A stretch of 63,753 nt of DNA, counting the filler. It is 8 parts of 8 records of this genome, joined end to end, with 100 filler letters (N's around TTAATTAATTAA, not from the genome) between each part and the next. Parts side by side here need not be neighbours in the genome. Positions count along the whole stretch, not along the records: positions 41,033 to 59,825 come from SRR7504441_765; positions 59,926 to 63,753 come from SRR7504441_767; 6 more parts are not named here. One strand, 5' to 3'. A program made the translations under genes and the position numbers. The notes beneath the pieces were generated by a model. It was not told the origin of the DNA, ran no database searches, and saw nothing but the letters and a program-made list of their open reading frames with translations. Of this stretch, positions 47,101 to 60,576 are shown piece by piece (the first letter of the stretch is position 1; each line of letters begins with the position of its first letter).

Positions 47101-50100
47101 ATCGCCATCCTCCAGTAGTAGATACCTTGGCTTTGTCCAGCCCAAGGCAGACCATGTAAGGGCAGTTGGTGTGTTGAGTTGGATCTGCGCTGCTACCATC
47201 TGAGCCAGGGTGATGACACCTGCCGGTGAGGGCAAGGATTCGTCATACAGTTGCTCGTTTAGTTGATCCGGATCACAACCGCCTTGCTGGCACCATAGAG
47301 ATGAAGCGTCTGCTGGGTTGACGATCCATACTGTAGGATTGCTTGCAGCGATTTCAACGTATGCAGCCACCAGTCTGTTCCAGTAGTCTCGGATCAGCTT
47401 AATTTCGGGCTGTGACTGGGCAGCTTCCGACAACGCTATGGATGGGTCTGTTGGGCAGACGATCACAATATTTTTACCAGCCTGCATTTCCCTCTCGATG
47501 AACTTCTTCATGCTCTGCACATTCTCGGTTATAACCTCGCCCCTGAGCCTGCCTGCGGTATCTACTTGCAGCGGCGCCGAGTTTGGGATCATCCCAGCCG
47601 CTATAATACTCCAGTGACAGGATGGATTGCAGGAGCATGCTGTTTGATCACGGTACACTGCCTCCAAAGATGTCAGTCCATTGGCGGTGTTCAGCACGAC
47701 TGTGCCAAGCTCTTTAGCCAATGTTTTCTCTAGTAGGTTTACAACGCGGGCACCATCCACTGATGTATCGCCTACCACCATTACAACGCCGTACAGGCGA
47801 GAGACACCATCTTCATTGGATGCACAAGAGCCAGGCTTAAAACTGCAGCAGACGCCGGTTGTTTGTAGCGAGGTGAGCTCGCAGTCCCCTAGGGCTCGAA
47901 GTTGATCAGTAGTGCTGTCAGTATCATGCGGTTCAAGGCCATCTTCCACAGTGCCGTCAAATGCTGCTGCTCTGACCGTAAAGGTGGACGTCGAGACCTC
48001 GCATGGTTCCTGCGTACATGGATAATGCATTCCAACCTCATATTTGCCTGCGGGCAGCCGCTGTGTCGCCTTGAAAACGTATGTGGCAGTACAGTTGTTC
48101 CAATTAAAGGTAGCAGCTGCGCTTCTGTGGGTGGGGCTGCTTCCTCCTCGTCGCAGGTTCACTTCAGGCAGGCGGCATCCCTGATTTCTTGAGTGTCCTA
48201 CTCCACTGACAGTCAGCTGTACTGTGGAGTTGGGCTCAAAACATATTGGTACAACAGTGATGTCCCGAGCTAAACAACAATTTGCAGAACTAGCATCGCC
48301 ACGACACGACAGGTCGCAAGCACGAGCAAAGTGCGAGGTCTGAAAGGCTAAGCTGGTGAACACTTCAGATTCCTCTACACGAAGCAGAAATGAAGCAGGA
48401 CAGACCTGTACGCGCATATCAGTCGCAACGTTCTGGCTAGCGCAGACTCACCTCGTCACCCTCACATGTAACGCCAATTCGCACTAGATTGCTGGTGCTG
48501 TCTCGAGCCATCCGTGTTATGGTGAGTCGGTCATTTCCAGATTTCCTTGACAGCCATGAGTTAGAGGTCCAACTGGCCATCGGCTCCGTGTTAGTGGCAT
48601 AAATATCTGGATCTCCAGAAACTGAGGTCAAAAACACGTCCAGTTGGGTGCAAAGCCCCGAAAGTTCGACTTCGTACTGAGCGATTTGACTGTACTGCAC
48701 GACTCCAGATACTACCTTCCCCTTCTCTAGTCGAATCACTCGGCCCAAAGGTAGAAGCCATCCTTGCAGATGGAAGGAGGTCCCTGGATCACACCGAGAC
48801 TCGCTCATATACTCGGGCCAAGGCTGTGGATTTGGGACAAAGAACGGTCTCGCGATCAAGCAAGTCGTGTAGACACCTATCGTCCCATTAGCATCACCCC
48901 TTACTAAGCCAAACAGGTACCTATGTAAAGCGGACCAGGTGCTGCACCCGATAACTCCTTGGTGACCAGAAATTGCCGTTTGTTGTTGCCCTCCAGCACA
49001 AAATCTGTTCCAGTCGCGCTGACATTTAGGTTGCTTGTTGCATTATTGTTCACAGACATGCGCCATCGCGGTCCATCCCAGGTCTCTTGCTCGAGAGTCG
49101 GAAGGGGCAGTGACTGCCTTAGCACAATTTGTGCAGGAGTCACTCCTGGCGTGGCTGTGGAAACGAGGAACATCTGGTCTGGCTCGCTGTTGATACAGGT
49201 TTCGAACCATGAGATCGTGCCTTGCTGCACATGGCCCATCCTCTCGATGTTCCCAGGTCCAAAGTCACGGAGATGGACCTTGATCCGATAGTGCAGCAGA
49301 CAGTCGCTTGCCCCCGTTCCAGCGCAGAAGACAGCAATACTGTACTTACCAACACTAAACATTTCGTCAGAATGCGGAACTGTGACAATGCAGCGCCTGA
49401 TTTCACCTGCGGGGGAGCCCACTGTCTGCCGTACTGTCGCTGCAGTTTCAAGAAGTGTACTCCAAGTAAACGTTTCGACGGTGGGCCGCATTTGATCTCT
49501 TGAGACCAACACTTCAAGCTGATGGGTCGCTGATGCGTTGTACTCGAGTGTGACCACCAGATCGGTACATGCGTTGTCCACGCTTGTGGAATAATAGTTG
49601 TACTGGAGCCTAGCCGAGTCAAGCAAGCCTTGTGCAAACTCGTCAGGGTAGAGGAGGATAATTGCTGCAGTTTGAGCACCTTCGTAGGTAGGAGCAGGAA
49701 CTGCTGCAACTGTAAAGTTGAGCAAAAACTGATCCTCGCCGATCATTCCATCGATGGTAAATATCCCTATGTACGCAGATCCCATCTGCAGGCCTGAGGC
49801 TGCCCCGCTCACAGTCATAGATATGCTATTGCCTTCGCTTGTGACTCCAAAGCTGGGCAAAGTTGTCACGTTTGAACCGCTGTATAACTCACTGAAGTTA
49901 CTGAGTCCAACCTCGCGTGACTGCATCAGGACAATTGCCCTGCTTCGGAATGATTCAAACACAGCAGTCATCTTGACACTGATCTGCACAGGATCTTCGG
50001 AACCAGGTTGAATAATACACACAGGTATCCACCTGGCTGCGCGTAGATTGAGCCCTTTTGTACTGGAGTGATAGTACAACGGACCGGGCAATTCTGGAGT

Positions 50101-53100
50101 GTGATATGTGTCGGCATCATGTGTGGTCCAGCGTACTTCGATCGTGTACTTTACTGCACAGCCAGCAGGCGCTTCACAAAATACAGAGACGATGTAGTTG
50201 CCGGGAGCGTAAAACGGATCAGTGTGACGCACTGCAAGGCGCTCGCCGCCTGGGGTGTTGTTATACCATGCAAAATCGACAAGTTGAGGAATGTTATTAG
50301 CTGCTGTGACCATTAGGCCTGGGTCCCCTCTGCTTGGTACTATGCTCACCCCGATGTCCGTACATGGGTTTGGGATATCTATGTTGTAGAAGGCGGCCTG
50401 GGTCTTTGAAGCCATCCCATTGAATGATATCTTGTTGCAAGTCGGGCACGTCTGAGGAACAGGGATAGCACACGTATCTTGGCTCGGCCTTATATCGACC
50501 GTCAATTTGGCACACTCGAGTTTCAGCCATGATTGTTCTGTGAACTGATTCTGTGTTGGCTCTCCACACACACCGCCGCCACCATCAGGACCTAATGGCG
50601 CAAGTCATCACGCGTCTGGTGCGCAAGGCGTCACCTGTGGGGTCAGATTTTACTTTCACATCGCTTGATCTAGGCTGATAGCCACAGAAGGATGGATCGC
50701 ATTCAGGTATAAACTTGCCAACTCGGGTGATACCTTTACAGAGTGGTCCAGCTGCATCACACCTGCCGCTATCCATCAGACATATCGGGAATTGAGGTTA
50801 GACCAGTCTTTAGCCTCTTGCAGTGTTCTAAAGAACGTCTTGAATAGCTTGTCTGGCTGGTCCATTCTTGGCACACAGCCCATCAGCTTAGTGTCTTCCC
50901 AAACCCCGGACCAGCAATCCTTTCTGCCCTGATCACAGAACAGATGGTCGATCGTGCCGTTCTTAAAGTGATAATTTGACGAGCATCTCCAGAAAGTTCC
51001 AACTTTGTACAGCCCTGGTTCAATCCCGGAGCTTTCACACAAATATCTTTCGTCTTCCCTGGGATCAAGCCGCTGTGAGTTGTAAAAGCCCAATGTGCGC
51101 CAGCTGCTTAGTGGAAGCTGGCCTGGCACTTCATCATCAAGTCCGAGGGTAGGTCCTTTCACAATGATCGAGCGGGCATAGCCTGTCAGCACGCTCAGTG
51201 TGACTTCTTAGTCCTAGTTAGGCTTAGGGCTATAGGGTCAGGGTCGACAGAGATCAGTTACCGGCATAAAGCGACGGATCATGAGGCGGGGATTTCACGA
51301 CAGAGTTGAGGCTGATGCCGCGGGTAGAGTCAACCACACAGAGATCAATCCAGTTGAACCGGTCTTGCATCCCAACTAGCTCGTACTCCATATGTATGGC
51401 CTGAGGCGTGGTCTCTGTTTCCGAGACTAGCACGCGAACAGCCTCATTGCATGAGTAACCACGCCGGCAGCGCACTGTAATATGGTAAGTGCCATTGATA
51501 AACGAGACCGCTCGGTGAGAGACCGAGACGTTGTTATCTCCCCAGGAGTAGAAACTCGAGCTCTCATCTGTAGGCCTTGCCTCCTCTAGTGAGGCTAGCA
51601 CATCAAATGCGCCACTCGCTGAGTCTACGGCAACCTTGAACGAGGAGCAAATGCTGTGGTGAAGATAGAAGAAGTGAAGAAACTGGCCCTCTTGCAGCCA
51701 TCCGGAGAATGGCGCGTCGAGGACTAGACGAGTCGTGTAGTTGCCAAGCTGAGCTTGCGACAAACATGATAGATTCTCACGCCCATCCGCACACAAACAG
51801 CTTGCAGAGTGCTGTGGAAGAGACTTTGTTGGCCCAGCCGGTGTCCTTTGAGTTGGAAGCTCGTCAGCCTGACAGAGCATCTCTTCTGAAAGCATCTTAG
51901 CCTCCGAAAGCTCAGTAGTGCAGTCATCGCCCGCATAGCCAGTGAAGCACTTGCATAGCCCAGCAGCACAGATGCCATGACCTGCACAGTCAGCAGGGCA
52001 CGGATCTGTGCTGATCCTGATTTGGAACGCTGAGTCTTGATATGCCTGCGCACAGCGTGTGGCATTTGTCATGTTCAGGTCCCAGCAATCGTAGAAAATC
52101 CCAACCCACAGCATGCCCCCGAGATGCTGGGTGCCTTCAGATATCCTGAGTACTGAAGTATTCTGCAGACTTTCAGCAGGTGAGCCTGGAATAGCCGACT
52201 GTAGTTGCACTGAATTGTATCCAGTCGAAACAGACCGCCACGAGACACCCTCCCAGCTGTTCGAGCTAGCATACTCAGTCGCGCCTTTGTATTTGGTTGC
52301 TACTATCTTGAAAGATCGCGGGCCCCTGTATGGCGCTCTTGCCATTGAGCTTATCTGTTTGGCAGTAGCAGAGACACCAATAGGGACTGCGCCCTTGGTG
52401 TTATCGATGCAAACAGGGAACCAGTGAATGTGGCGATCAACGTATTCATAAGATCCATCTGATCTTAGCCCGTTTGCTCGGGAAACCATTTGGGCCCGGA
52501 ATATGTACTCCATGCCCTGTTGACAAGCATCTGCGTCCTTGTCAGGGTTGCACGAGACCGAGATGCTGTAGCGCCCAGGTGAGAATTCGAGATTCTCACG
52601 GCTGAGCAAATAAACGTCGCTCCCAACCGCTGTCGCCATCAAGTTGAAACCGTATGTCAAGGGATGTTCGTATTTGCTGATGTAGATGTCTGGGTCAGTT
52701 GACTTGTTTCCTACCGGGCGCACCTCCAGCAGGAAATCTACGCAGGGGCTTTTTACTTCGAACTCGTAGAGTGAAGGCTGTCCGAGAGGATCAAGAACAC
52801 CGCTCACAATCGTACTGTCTCGGACAGTAGCCTTGCAAAAAGTTTCGAAAGGTGTGCCATACAGCGTGAAGGTGGATTCACCGATACAAGTTTGCTTTTC
52901 TCCGAGGCTTGCCGGAGGCGCAAGCTCCTCTGCGAAGGCTGGGACGTAGTTCATACAGTATGTGAATACACCAATGACGTAAGCACCCGGATTGAATCCT
53001 TTTGTTGTAGGGCAAAGGCTTAGCGATGCGACTGTCCCACCCGAGTAAGCACTGAACAGGAGAGTCTCGAAGGACGTGTCGCGCCAAGACTCTGTCTCGT

Positions 53101-56100
53101 AAGCGTCTGACATAGCTCCCCGACTCGTATTAATGTCGTCAGGGTCCGAGAATCTTTTCACCACGAAATGGGCACGAGCATCCCCCGGGCGAACAGAGGT
53201 TGTGATGTTCAGCCCATGCTCCACTGATTGTAAACAAAGAGGATACCACCGCAGCCCACCCGGGGCGAGGATTTCATCCTCGACGAAAATTTGGCTCCGG
53301 GTCTGATCCTGAAGGTTGCCAACAATCTGGAAAAAGGCTTCTGCACCATCCGCCAAGTGCTCGACTGTGACGAACAAAGGCTGCCCCTGTTGATATTTTC
53401 TTGAAGAATGAGAAAGCGAGAACTTGACAGCATCTTGATCCCAATGCCACCCGTAGGTAGCCTGAGTTTCAAGAAGGCTGGAGTACCAAAACACTCTCGA
53501 CAACCTGGAAACACCCACGGATCAGAGTCAGCAAAAAAGGTCAGATGGAAGTCACCGGCTTGGTGTGTAATACTGCTCTCCCCCGCTGTAGGACACAGTA
53601 ACGCGCACGGGCTTGTCTGAAACCATCTCGAAAGCTATATCGTCACACACATGCCTCGGAGTGACGGAAAATCGTCTCAACTTTGTCTGTGTGCTGACGT
53701 TGGACATGACCGAAACACCAGGCTGAAGCCGGAGAAGTAACTCGGTCGATGCGCGCTTTTGGCGAATCTCCCCAGATTTCACACCCATCGTCAAGTTGAA
53801 CGTTCGCAGTGCAAGAGGTTGGCAGTTGGAAGAACCTACCGGGCAAGGGTTGACAAATTTAAGGTCGTAAATCCCCGGTGTGGCTCCGCCAATGTCTAAA
53901 ACTAACTCTCGCGAGCACCCACTCTGGCATAGTTCTGGCGGCATCCCATATAAGCAGCTGATAGGATTGTCACAGGTGGTCGACTGGTGCCACCCAAGAG
54001 GACCGAAGTCACACGAAGTCGTGCCAGTTGTACCAGTAGCTGCAGGTGAGACACCAAACAGATTGCACTGCGTGCTGTTGACTGAATCTATTTGGGCAAC
54101 TATTGCGGGAGCACTGGTGCTCTCCCCTTCGATGCAGATTTGGAAGGATTCAGTTAACTGTGCTGCGCTATACAACCTGTACTCATGCACTGAGGTCGGT
54201 ACAATCTTTGGTGTAACGGTCAGAGTGAACCCTGCAGGGCATTCCATTCCTTCGAGGCATATCACACCAATTTGGAATGACTGTGAGGACGCGACATTTG
54301 TAGATCCAGGTGCAGGTGGCGTGAGCGTAACAACATCAAGTCCTGGGCGAAGAACCGCTTTGCTCTTGCTCCGCCAAGTGGCAGTCGCGTCGGTGTTTGT
54401 CACAATAAGGTCTGCCTCCCCTGAGTACGAGTTCAGCGCGATCTCGATGGTCTCACAGGGCGATGTCAGATTGATATCAAATCGAGCTATATCGCCAGTG
54501 CCCACCACACCACTTGTAGTTATATGGTTGTTGAGTGGTACTGCACACGTCGTCTCGGAAACCTTTGCTGCCATGCTGTAAGGCCTCGCATAAGGAATGG
54601 GCTTGCCGCCAAATAGTCCGACGTAATACACTCCCGCTGGCAGTATACCAACCGTTGACTTGCACATGATCATGCGGGAAGAATCATGCGCAGCTGGGTC
54701 ACGGTAAGGGAGAGAGAGCTGCTCCGGGTTGTAAAACTGCTCTAGGCTCTTGAGAGTCTTTCCTAGGACGTCGTCCAGACTTGTGCTTTCCCACCCTGGG
54801 TCTACAAATGGAGTCCTCATCACAGCGATATGCGGGAGTTCTAGGTCAAGATGACTCAAGTTGACCCACGATGCAGTGATCTCCAGGCCACGATGATCAA
54901 ACCGACCAGGAAGGACGTCTGTGACCGTCTGTGGGACATACTCATCCAGGCAGATTCGCTGCCACAGTGTGCTTGAACCTGACTCTAATGATCCTGTCAA
55001 GCGCAAATCTTGATCCAACGACTTTGCCTCAGGATCGCTGTATTCGTGCGCTAGCTTAGCGGGAATCTCCATGACTACTGCTCTGATCTCAAAGGAGGAC
55101 ACGCAGTTCATGTGCCGAAGACAGTGAACAGTCATGTAAAAGAAGCCTGGTCCAAATCCTTCTTGGTCTGGGCTGATCGTGATATTAGCACCTTCAGCCG
55201 GAGCTAGCAAGTTCCACCCAGGGTCGGCTGGCCTTGGCTGTGCTGCGGACTGAGACACCATAAGCTCGAGCTCTGGAGTGGTTCCTTCCCATTCTGTCGG
55301 CTTCAGAGAGATAAATAGCTCAACACAAGTGCGTTCCACTAGAAATTTAAGCTGCTGAGAGCGACGAGCTGGATCAGAGGAATTCACAAACCCGAAGAAG
55401 GTTGAATCGGATTCCATTTCATAAATCACCGCATCATGGACGACCGCTAGCTCTGGCGCATCGATTGGCACGACTTCGTCCAGTACCTTAGTTTCGATGC
55501 GGTAGACCCAAGAGTGTGGTTGGAGGGCGCAGGATTTCACGACCGGACAATCAGCAACAACTCCGACATATTGTATCCCAGGCCGAAGAGTCCGAGACTC
55601 TGACGAGAAGGTCACTCCGTCGCTTTGAAGAATAGCTTCAGAAGGCGCATACTGAAGCTTCTTCGATGCTGGGATGGAGTTCCACACGCCACTGTATTCA
55701 TCACTCTGCCAAGTATGCGTCATATCACTAGCTGCAGCTAGTTGTGTGCTCATCCATGTGCTACCTTGGAACTCGTTTTCGGGGCCCTTTTGCAAGCTCA
55801 AGATCACCCTTGGTGCATACTCCCCGTACAGCGCAAACGACTGTATTTGCACCCTCTGATGAGATGGGATGCATATGCTGTCCCAGGTGAAGTTGCGCCC
55901 AGCATTCAACAGGCCGTCCACATTCAAGAGGCTCTTGTAAGGTACAGTATGTGCCCGAAGCACATAGGTTGATGGACAATTTCCTCCTGGCTTGCAAAAG
56001 ACGTTGATGTAGTATCTTTTACCCTTGTAGCCTGGGTTTCGAGGCGAAAGCACCAAGCTCTCGCTTCCAAGAGAGTTCGAAATGTACCATTTGGAGCTAG

Positions 56101-59100
56101 GCCCAGTCCTAGAGAACCAGTTCCAGTCGTGGGCTCCTGTTGCTGGACCACTGTTCGTGATGTATAAATCAGGGTTGCCTTTGACCGAGCCCACCTGTAT
56201 ACCAATCCGTCAAGTGAGCGCAGCCAATTTAGCACCTGAACATGAAGCGAGTCACATTCGTTCTCCAGGTCAAAAGTGTACATATTGGCAATACTGGCCG
56301 AACTGATCCCGGCAATTGGGATGTTGTCGTAGATCGGTATGGTGCAGGCTTTTGTCGACGGTGAGGCTCGCAGGGTGTAGCTCCCTTGTACCGTATCGCT
56401 GCAGTCCGTGCAGGTGCCAGTGACACCAACCATATACCTCCCAGGCCGAAAATCAGGAGTATGTGGACATAGCCAGAGAGTCTCTACGACTTGTAACGTC
56501 GGTTGAATTTTGGACCCCCAAAATGAGCTACTTTTCCACGAGGGGCTTGTCGTTGAGCTGAATTTCCATGGCAGACGGTGTACATAGAGCTTTGGCTTCC
56601 ACCCAGGTGTGTGAGTCGTTGCGCTGATCTCGATGCCAGCTGCAACATCGTTTATACAAAGCTCGTGCCAGGAAAACTCGTCCATAGAGATTTGGTTCGA
56701 GCTGACCAGCTGAGTTGGTGCACGTTTGGATGGGGTTATCTTCAAATCAAAATGGCACTCGTACTGGGCCATGTACTCACTAACACCTGATGCATTCAGA
56801 CTGGGTACCACAACTCCTGTTTCGGTCGAATTCATATAAAACCAATCGTACGGACCAGCGGGACACCATAGCCCAATTGCAACACGGGCAGGATATTCGA
56901 TACTATCATCCATTGTCAGTACTGTTGACTCGCGGTCGAACACTGTGGTGTCATTTCTCTTTCCAGTCCTCAAATACCAAGTGTAATCCTCAGGTCCCGG
57001 CTGCGAAACAGCGGTCGAGACATAGACATCGAGCGATGCATTGCTCCGAGACTGCACTTGCAACGTGAGAACGTCGCATGCATTATCCAGTGCAATGTGG
57101 AAGAAAAGCTGCCTTCCGTTTGCGAGCGAACCTTTGTAGCTTGCGTTCGTGCTCATGATTGCAGGCACTAGATCTATTCCTGGTAGCTGCGGGGGTGGGT
57201 CTGCCTCTCGGATTGCCTCTGGTATCTTGTACCCGGCAGTACTGTACGCACTCGCACTGAATTCGTAGGTCACGCAGGTATTATTGCACTCCGCAACTGG
57301 ACATGTATGTGAGACAAGCGCGTAGTAAGTTCCTGGACCGAATCCAGGGGTAAACTCTGGGTTGAAAGTCTTGTACATGTAGCCTTTGGTCTTCCGCCTT
57401 CTACGCTTGAGCGTATCTTCATAAACCACATCGAAGTCTCTCCAGCCATTGTAATCTCCGAGAACAAGTGAAGACGTATTAGAGACATCCACTTCTCGCC
57501 CATTGCCACCTCTAATCAATATAAAATCGAGCTTTCCATGTTTTGGGACTTTAATGGCGAACTCCAGCCCTTGAGACGCACCCGCGTACAATTCATAACG
57601 CATCGTGCGGTCGAATGTGATCGTGCACGGCATCTGGCAGTCTGGGTTGCTCGCGTTCAAGCAGCTAGGGCTATTTGGACAGAAGGAAATGTTGGGCCAG
57701 CTGCCTTCGTAGAGCTCAGGCGAGTAATAGTATGGACTCTTAGAATCTACCTCGTCAGAGGGGCAGGGGCCGTACTCCCATGGCGTGGTACCATTGATTG
57801 GCGAGTACACAAAACGCTTATAATGCGTGAGTGACTCCTCATAGCTGCTAGCGTAGGTCGACACAGCAACCTTTGGCTCGCCATCTCGAGCAATGACGCT
57901 GAGCAGAGCTTCCGGTTGGGCCCCAAAGGCTTCACGGGTCAGCTTGAGACTGTAAGAGGAGCCCCCAGTCGACGGATCAAAGTTGAAATCATCTGCGGGT
58001 ATGTACCTCTGGTGTCCGTAAGGAGTTGCTTGTGTGTCACTTGTTCCAAAGTATGCGTCGATTGTACCCTCTGATGCAAACACCTGGTACTGAAAGGTCC
58101 TGCTTCGCTCCATCTGAATTTTGACAAATGCGTCCGGGTCGGATGGATTGAGTTGGTAATTCCGATAGCCCGGAATGGAGGGTTTCTGTGACTGAGCGCA
58201 GTGGTCAGTACTTTGCTTCAGCGTCATGTAGAAATCTGCGCTTGTATCTTGAGGCTCAAGTGCGAAGAACCCAATATAATAGGTTCCTGGCTGGAGCCAC
58301 GGCCACGAGTTGCAAAAGCTTGGACCTTCAGAATTGGTCGAATTGACATTATTGTTCGTATCGTAGTCAAAGTTCACCCATGAAGCCTGACTGGCGAATG
58401 CCCGGCTACTCCAACGGGTTGCGGGTGCAAGCGGATCCATACTCATCGAGATTGGGTGTGCATTAAGCGTCTTCACAATCGCCGTGGGGAGATCCCCCGA
58501 AGCGGTTGCTGAGAAGCCTGGCTGGGCTGTTGGCAGGCAAAATTTGGTCCATACAAAATCGCCTGTTCTAGACGGTGTGGTGAAGTTCCATAAGAAGGGA
58601 GGGGTAATGTCGCTAGTCCAGAGCTGGGATATTCCTATCCCAGCTGTTCTGGGAAGTTTTGAGATCTGAAATGTGAAGTTGCTCGGGCACACAGTCCGAC
58701 AGGACACTGTGATTATGAATGGTCCTGGTGAGTATCCCAGAGCTTCGTGGTGCACATCAACAGAGTCCCCACCGTTGGTTGACCAGGCATAGGAGCGGAT
58801 TGTAGGTTCGCTCTCATACCGCGTGACGGCAATATCTACTCTGTCAAAAGGTGCCCCTTGGCTCGAATTGGTTTTTAACCAGGTCGCATTTCGATCGCTG
58901 TAGGAATAGCCTATTGTCTGAGTAACTCGGAATCCAAGGCACACGTCATCGTGACGATACAGGTACCGGATGTAACCTCTTCGATCTCGATTCCACAGAT
59001 GCACAGGATTGGGCCCTTCCACAGGCTGTGTATATCCTCGAGCAGCAAAGCTGTAACCCTGATCAAAATTTAGTGGAATCTCTGGGGTGTAAGCTGATTC

Positions 59101-59825
59101 GCACCATCGGCCATTGTAACCTGGAAAGCACCTGCATGAGCTGCCTCCAGGTTCCAGCACGCCCCGCCCCGTGCAGTTGGGCTCCAGTGTGGGGTCGGGA
59201 CACTCGAACAACATCATATCGAAAGCATAGCAGGTGCATATCCCTTCAAAGCAGACGCTATACCCATTATCCACGCAATTGGGGGCACAACCAACGCGAC
59301 ACCCTGTCCATGTCAGCACCTCGCCCTCGCCCTCAGAAGGCGCAACCCATTCGTATATCTTCTGTGCGCAGCTTGCCTCGGCCAAGGCTTGCCGGCAGTC
59401 CTCATCACATTCGTCAAACATCCGTATTTGTTCGGTGTCGTCGATCGAGCAGTTGACAACTTGGTACAGCTCCGTCGAATTTATCATCGAGGTGGCGTTG
59501 CCATACTTTTGCCACTTTTCAAGATTGTGTTGCTCGACACACGTGCAATTCCCCCTGAAACATCCAAACATCAGCAGCTTGCACTCAGAGGGGCAAGCAC
59601 CCGGCATTGCAGGCTGATACTCCGTGACAATCAGGGGCGCAGCCAGTGCGACAGTCTGACGTCTCCGGTGCGGGGCACTGGCCAAATATGCAGTCCTGAT
59701 CGTAACAAACACAGTTGCCATTCTGGCAAATGCCTCTATCGTGGCAGTCGCTTGGGCAGGATCTGGCTGGATCGACACTCCAAGTGTTGACGCCAATCAG
59801 ACTACTCCAACTGGCGCTATCCCCG
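41192..59825 (-). CDS. Giant (~5,900 aa) type-I membrane protein with many PPC-like beta-sandwich repeats, EGF/tenascin-like repeats, an EF-hand and an SGNH-like domain; 5' truncated
   Basis: About 19 short GT-AG introns join consecutive minus-strand ORFs into one frame. Recurrent GDPDLYIS / GNPDLYIT / TDPDIYIS and PGxYYIxVxC motifs; CPADCAGHGICAAGLCKCFTGYAGDDC; single C-terminal TM (WIMLAIGVSMLLMALAAALI) and an acidic tail. Confidence 0.82.
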
Positions 59826-59925
59826 NNNNNNNNNNNNNNNNNNNNNNNNNNNNNNNNNNNNNNNNNNNNTTAATTAATTAANNNNNNNNNNNNNNNNNNN
59901 NNNNNNNNNNNNNNNNNNNNNNNNN
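59826..59925. other. Artificial contig linker
   Basis: 44 N + TTAATTAATTAA + 44 N. Confidence 0.98.
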
Positions 59926-60069
59926 AGGGACGAGGTGATGACGATAGTGTATGACTGGCGCTATTCCCAAGCAAAGTTCAAGACGGCACAAGCTAGAGAG
60001 CTGGAACGGAGCATCGCCGAGGTGCAAGCCGCTGCAATGCGAGCTGGACTAGCAATGAAGCGTCATTAA
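59926..60069 (+). CDS. 3' end of an unknown gene
   Basis: Open frame RDEVMTIVYDWRYSQAKFKTAQARELERSIAEVQ…KRH* followed by an AT-rich tail. Confidence 0.4.
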   Translation, partial: RDEVMTIVYDWRYSQAKFKTAQARELERSIAEVQAAAMRAGLAMKRH

Positions 60070-60576
60070 TCTAGTGCTCCCATAAGAGTACTCTTCAGTG
60101 ACGCCTACCTCGTTTACATATGTATACGTAAGCTTATGACATTGCGTATTAATCATTGTACCGGTATTACGGTACATTGTACCTGATAGATCTAGACTTG
60201 CTGGCCACTCTTGACGGACTCCGCGACTCCGGCGGAGTGACCAGCAAGCCCTGCTGCTCCAGGGCCCATGTGCATCCCAATCGGGTCTAAATCGGGTCGC
60301 TGCGAATATCTACCTCCTAGCCCCGGGCTCTGAGATGCTCCAGACTCTTATGGGCAAGGGCGACAGCAACGACTGCGGTAAGAAAACGGGCAGGCCCGGA
60401 CATTGCACATGCAACAGTGACAAACAGAGCAGTCAGTGATCGCTAGAGCCCTCGTATACGTATGCCCCTGAAGGTGCGTAGAATCAAATTAGGTAGCTAT
60501 TGCTGATTAATTAAAACCCGAGTTGTACGGTAATAGAACGATCAAACAAGCTTTGATAACAGATGCTCGTTAACTA

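Noticed and set aside
41192-59825. Frameshifts or stop-codon reassignment in the fragmented ORFs
   Set aside because: Every break I checked is resolved by a short GT-AG intron. The standard genetic code is sufficient.
6269-59925. Recurrent TTAATTAATTAA flanked by N runs, considered as a biological repeat or CRISPR-like element
   Set aside because: The identical 44N+12+44N layout occurs seven times and cuts genes mid-frame. It is an artificial six-frame-stop linker.
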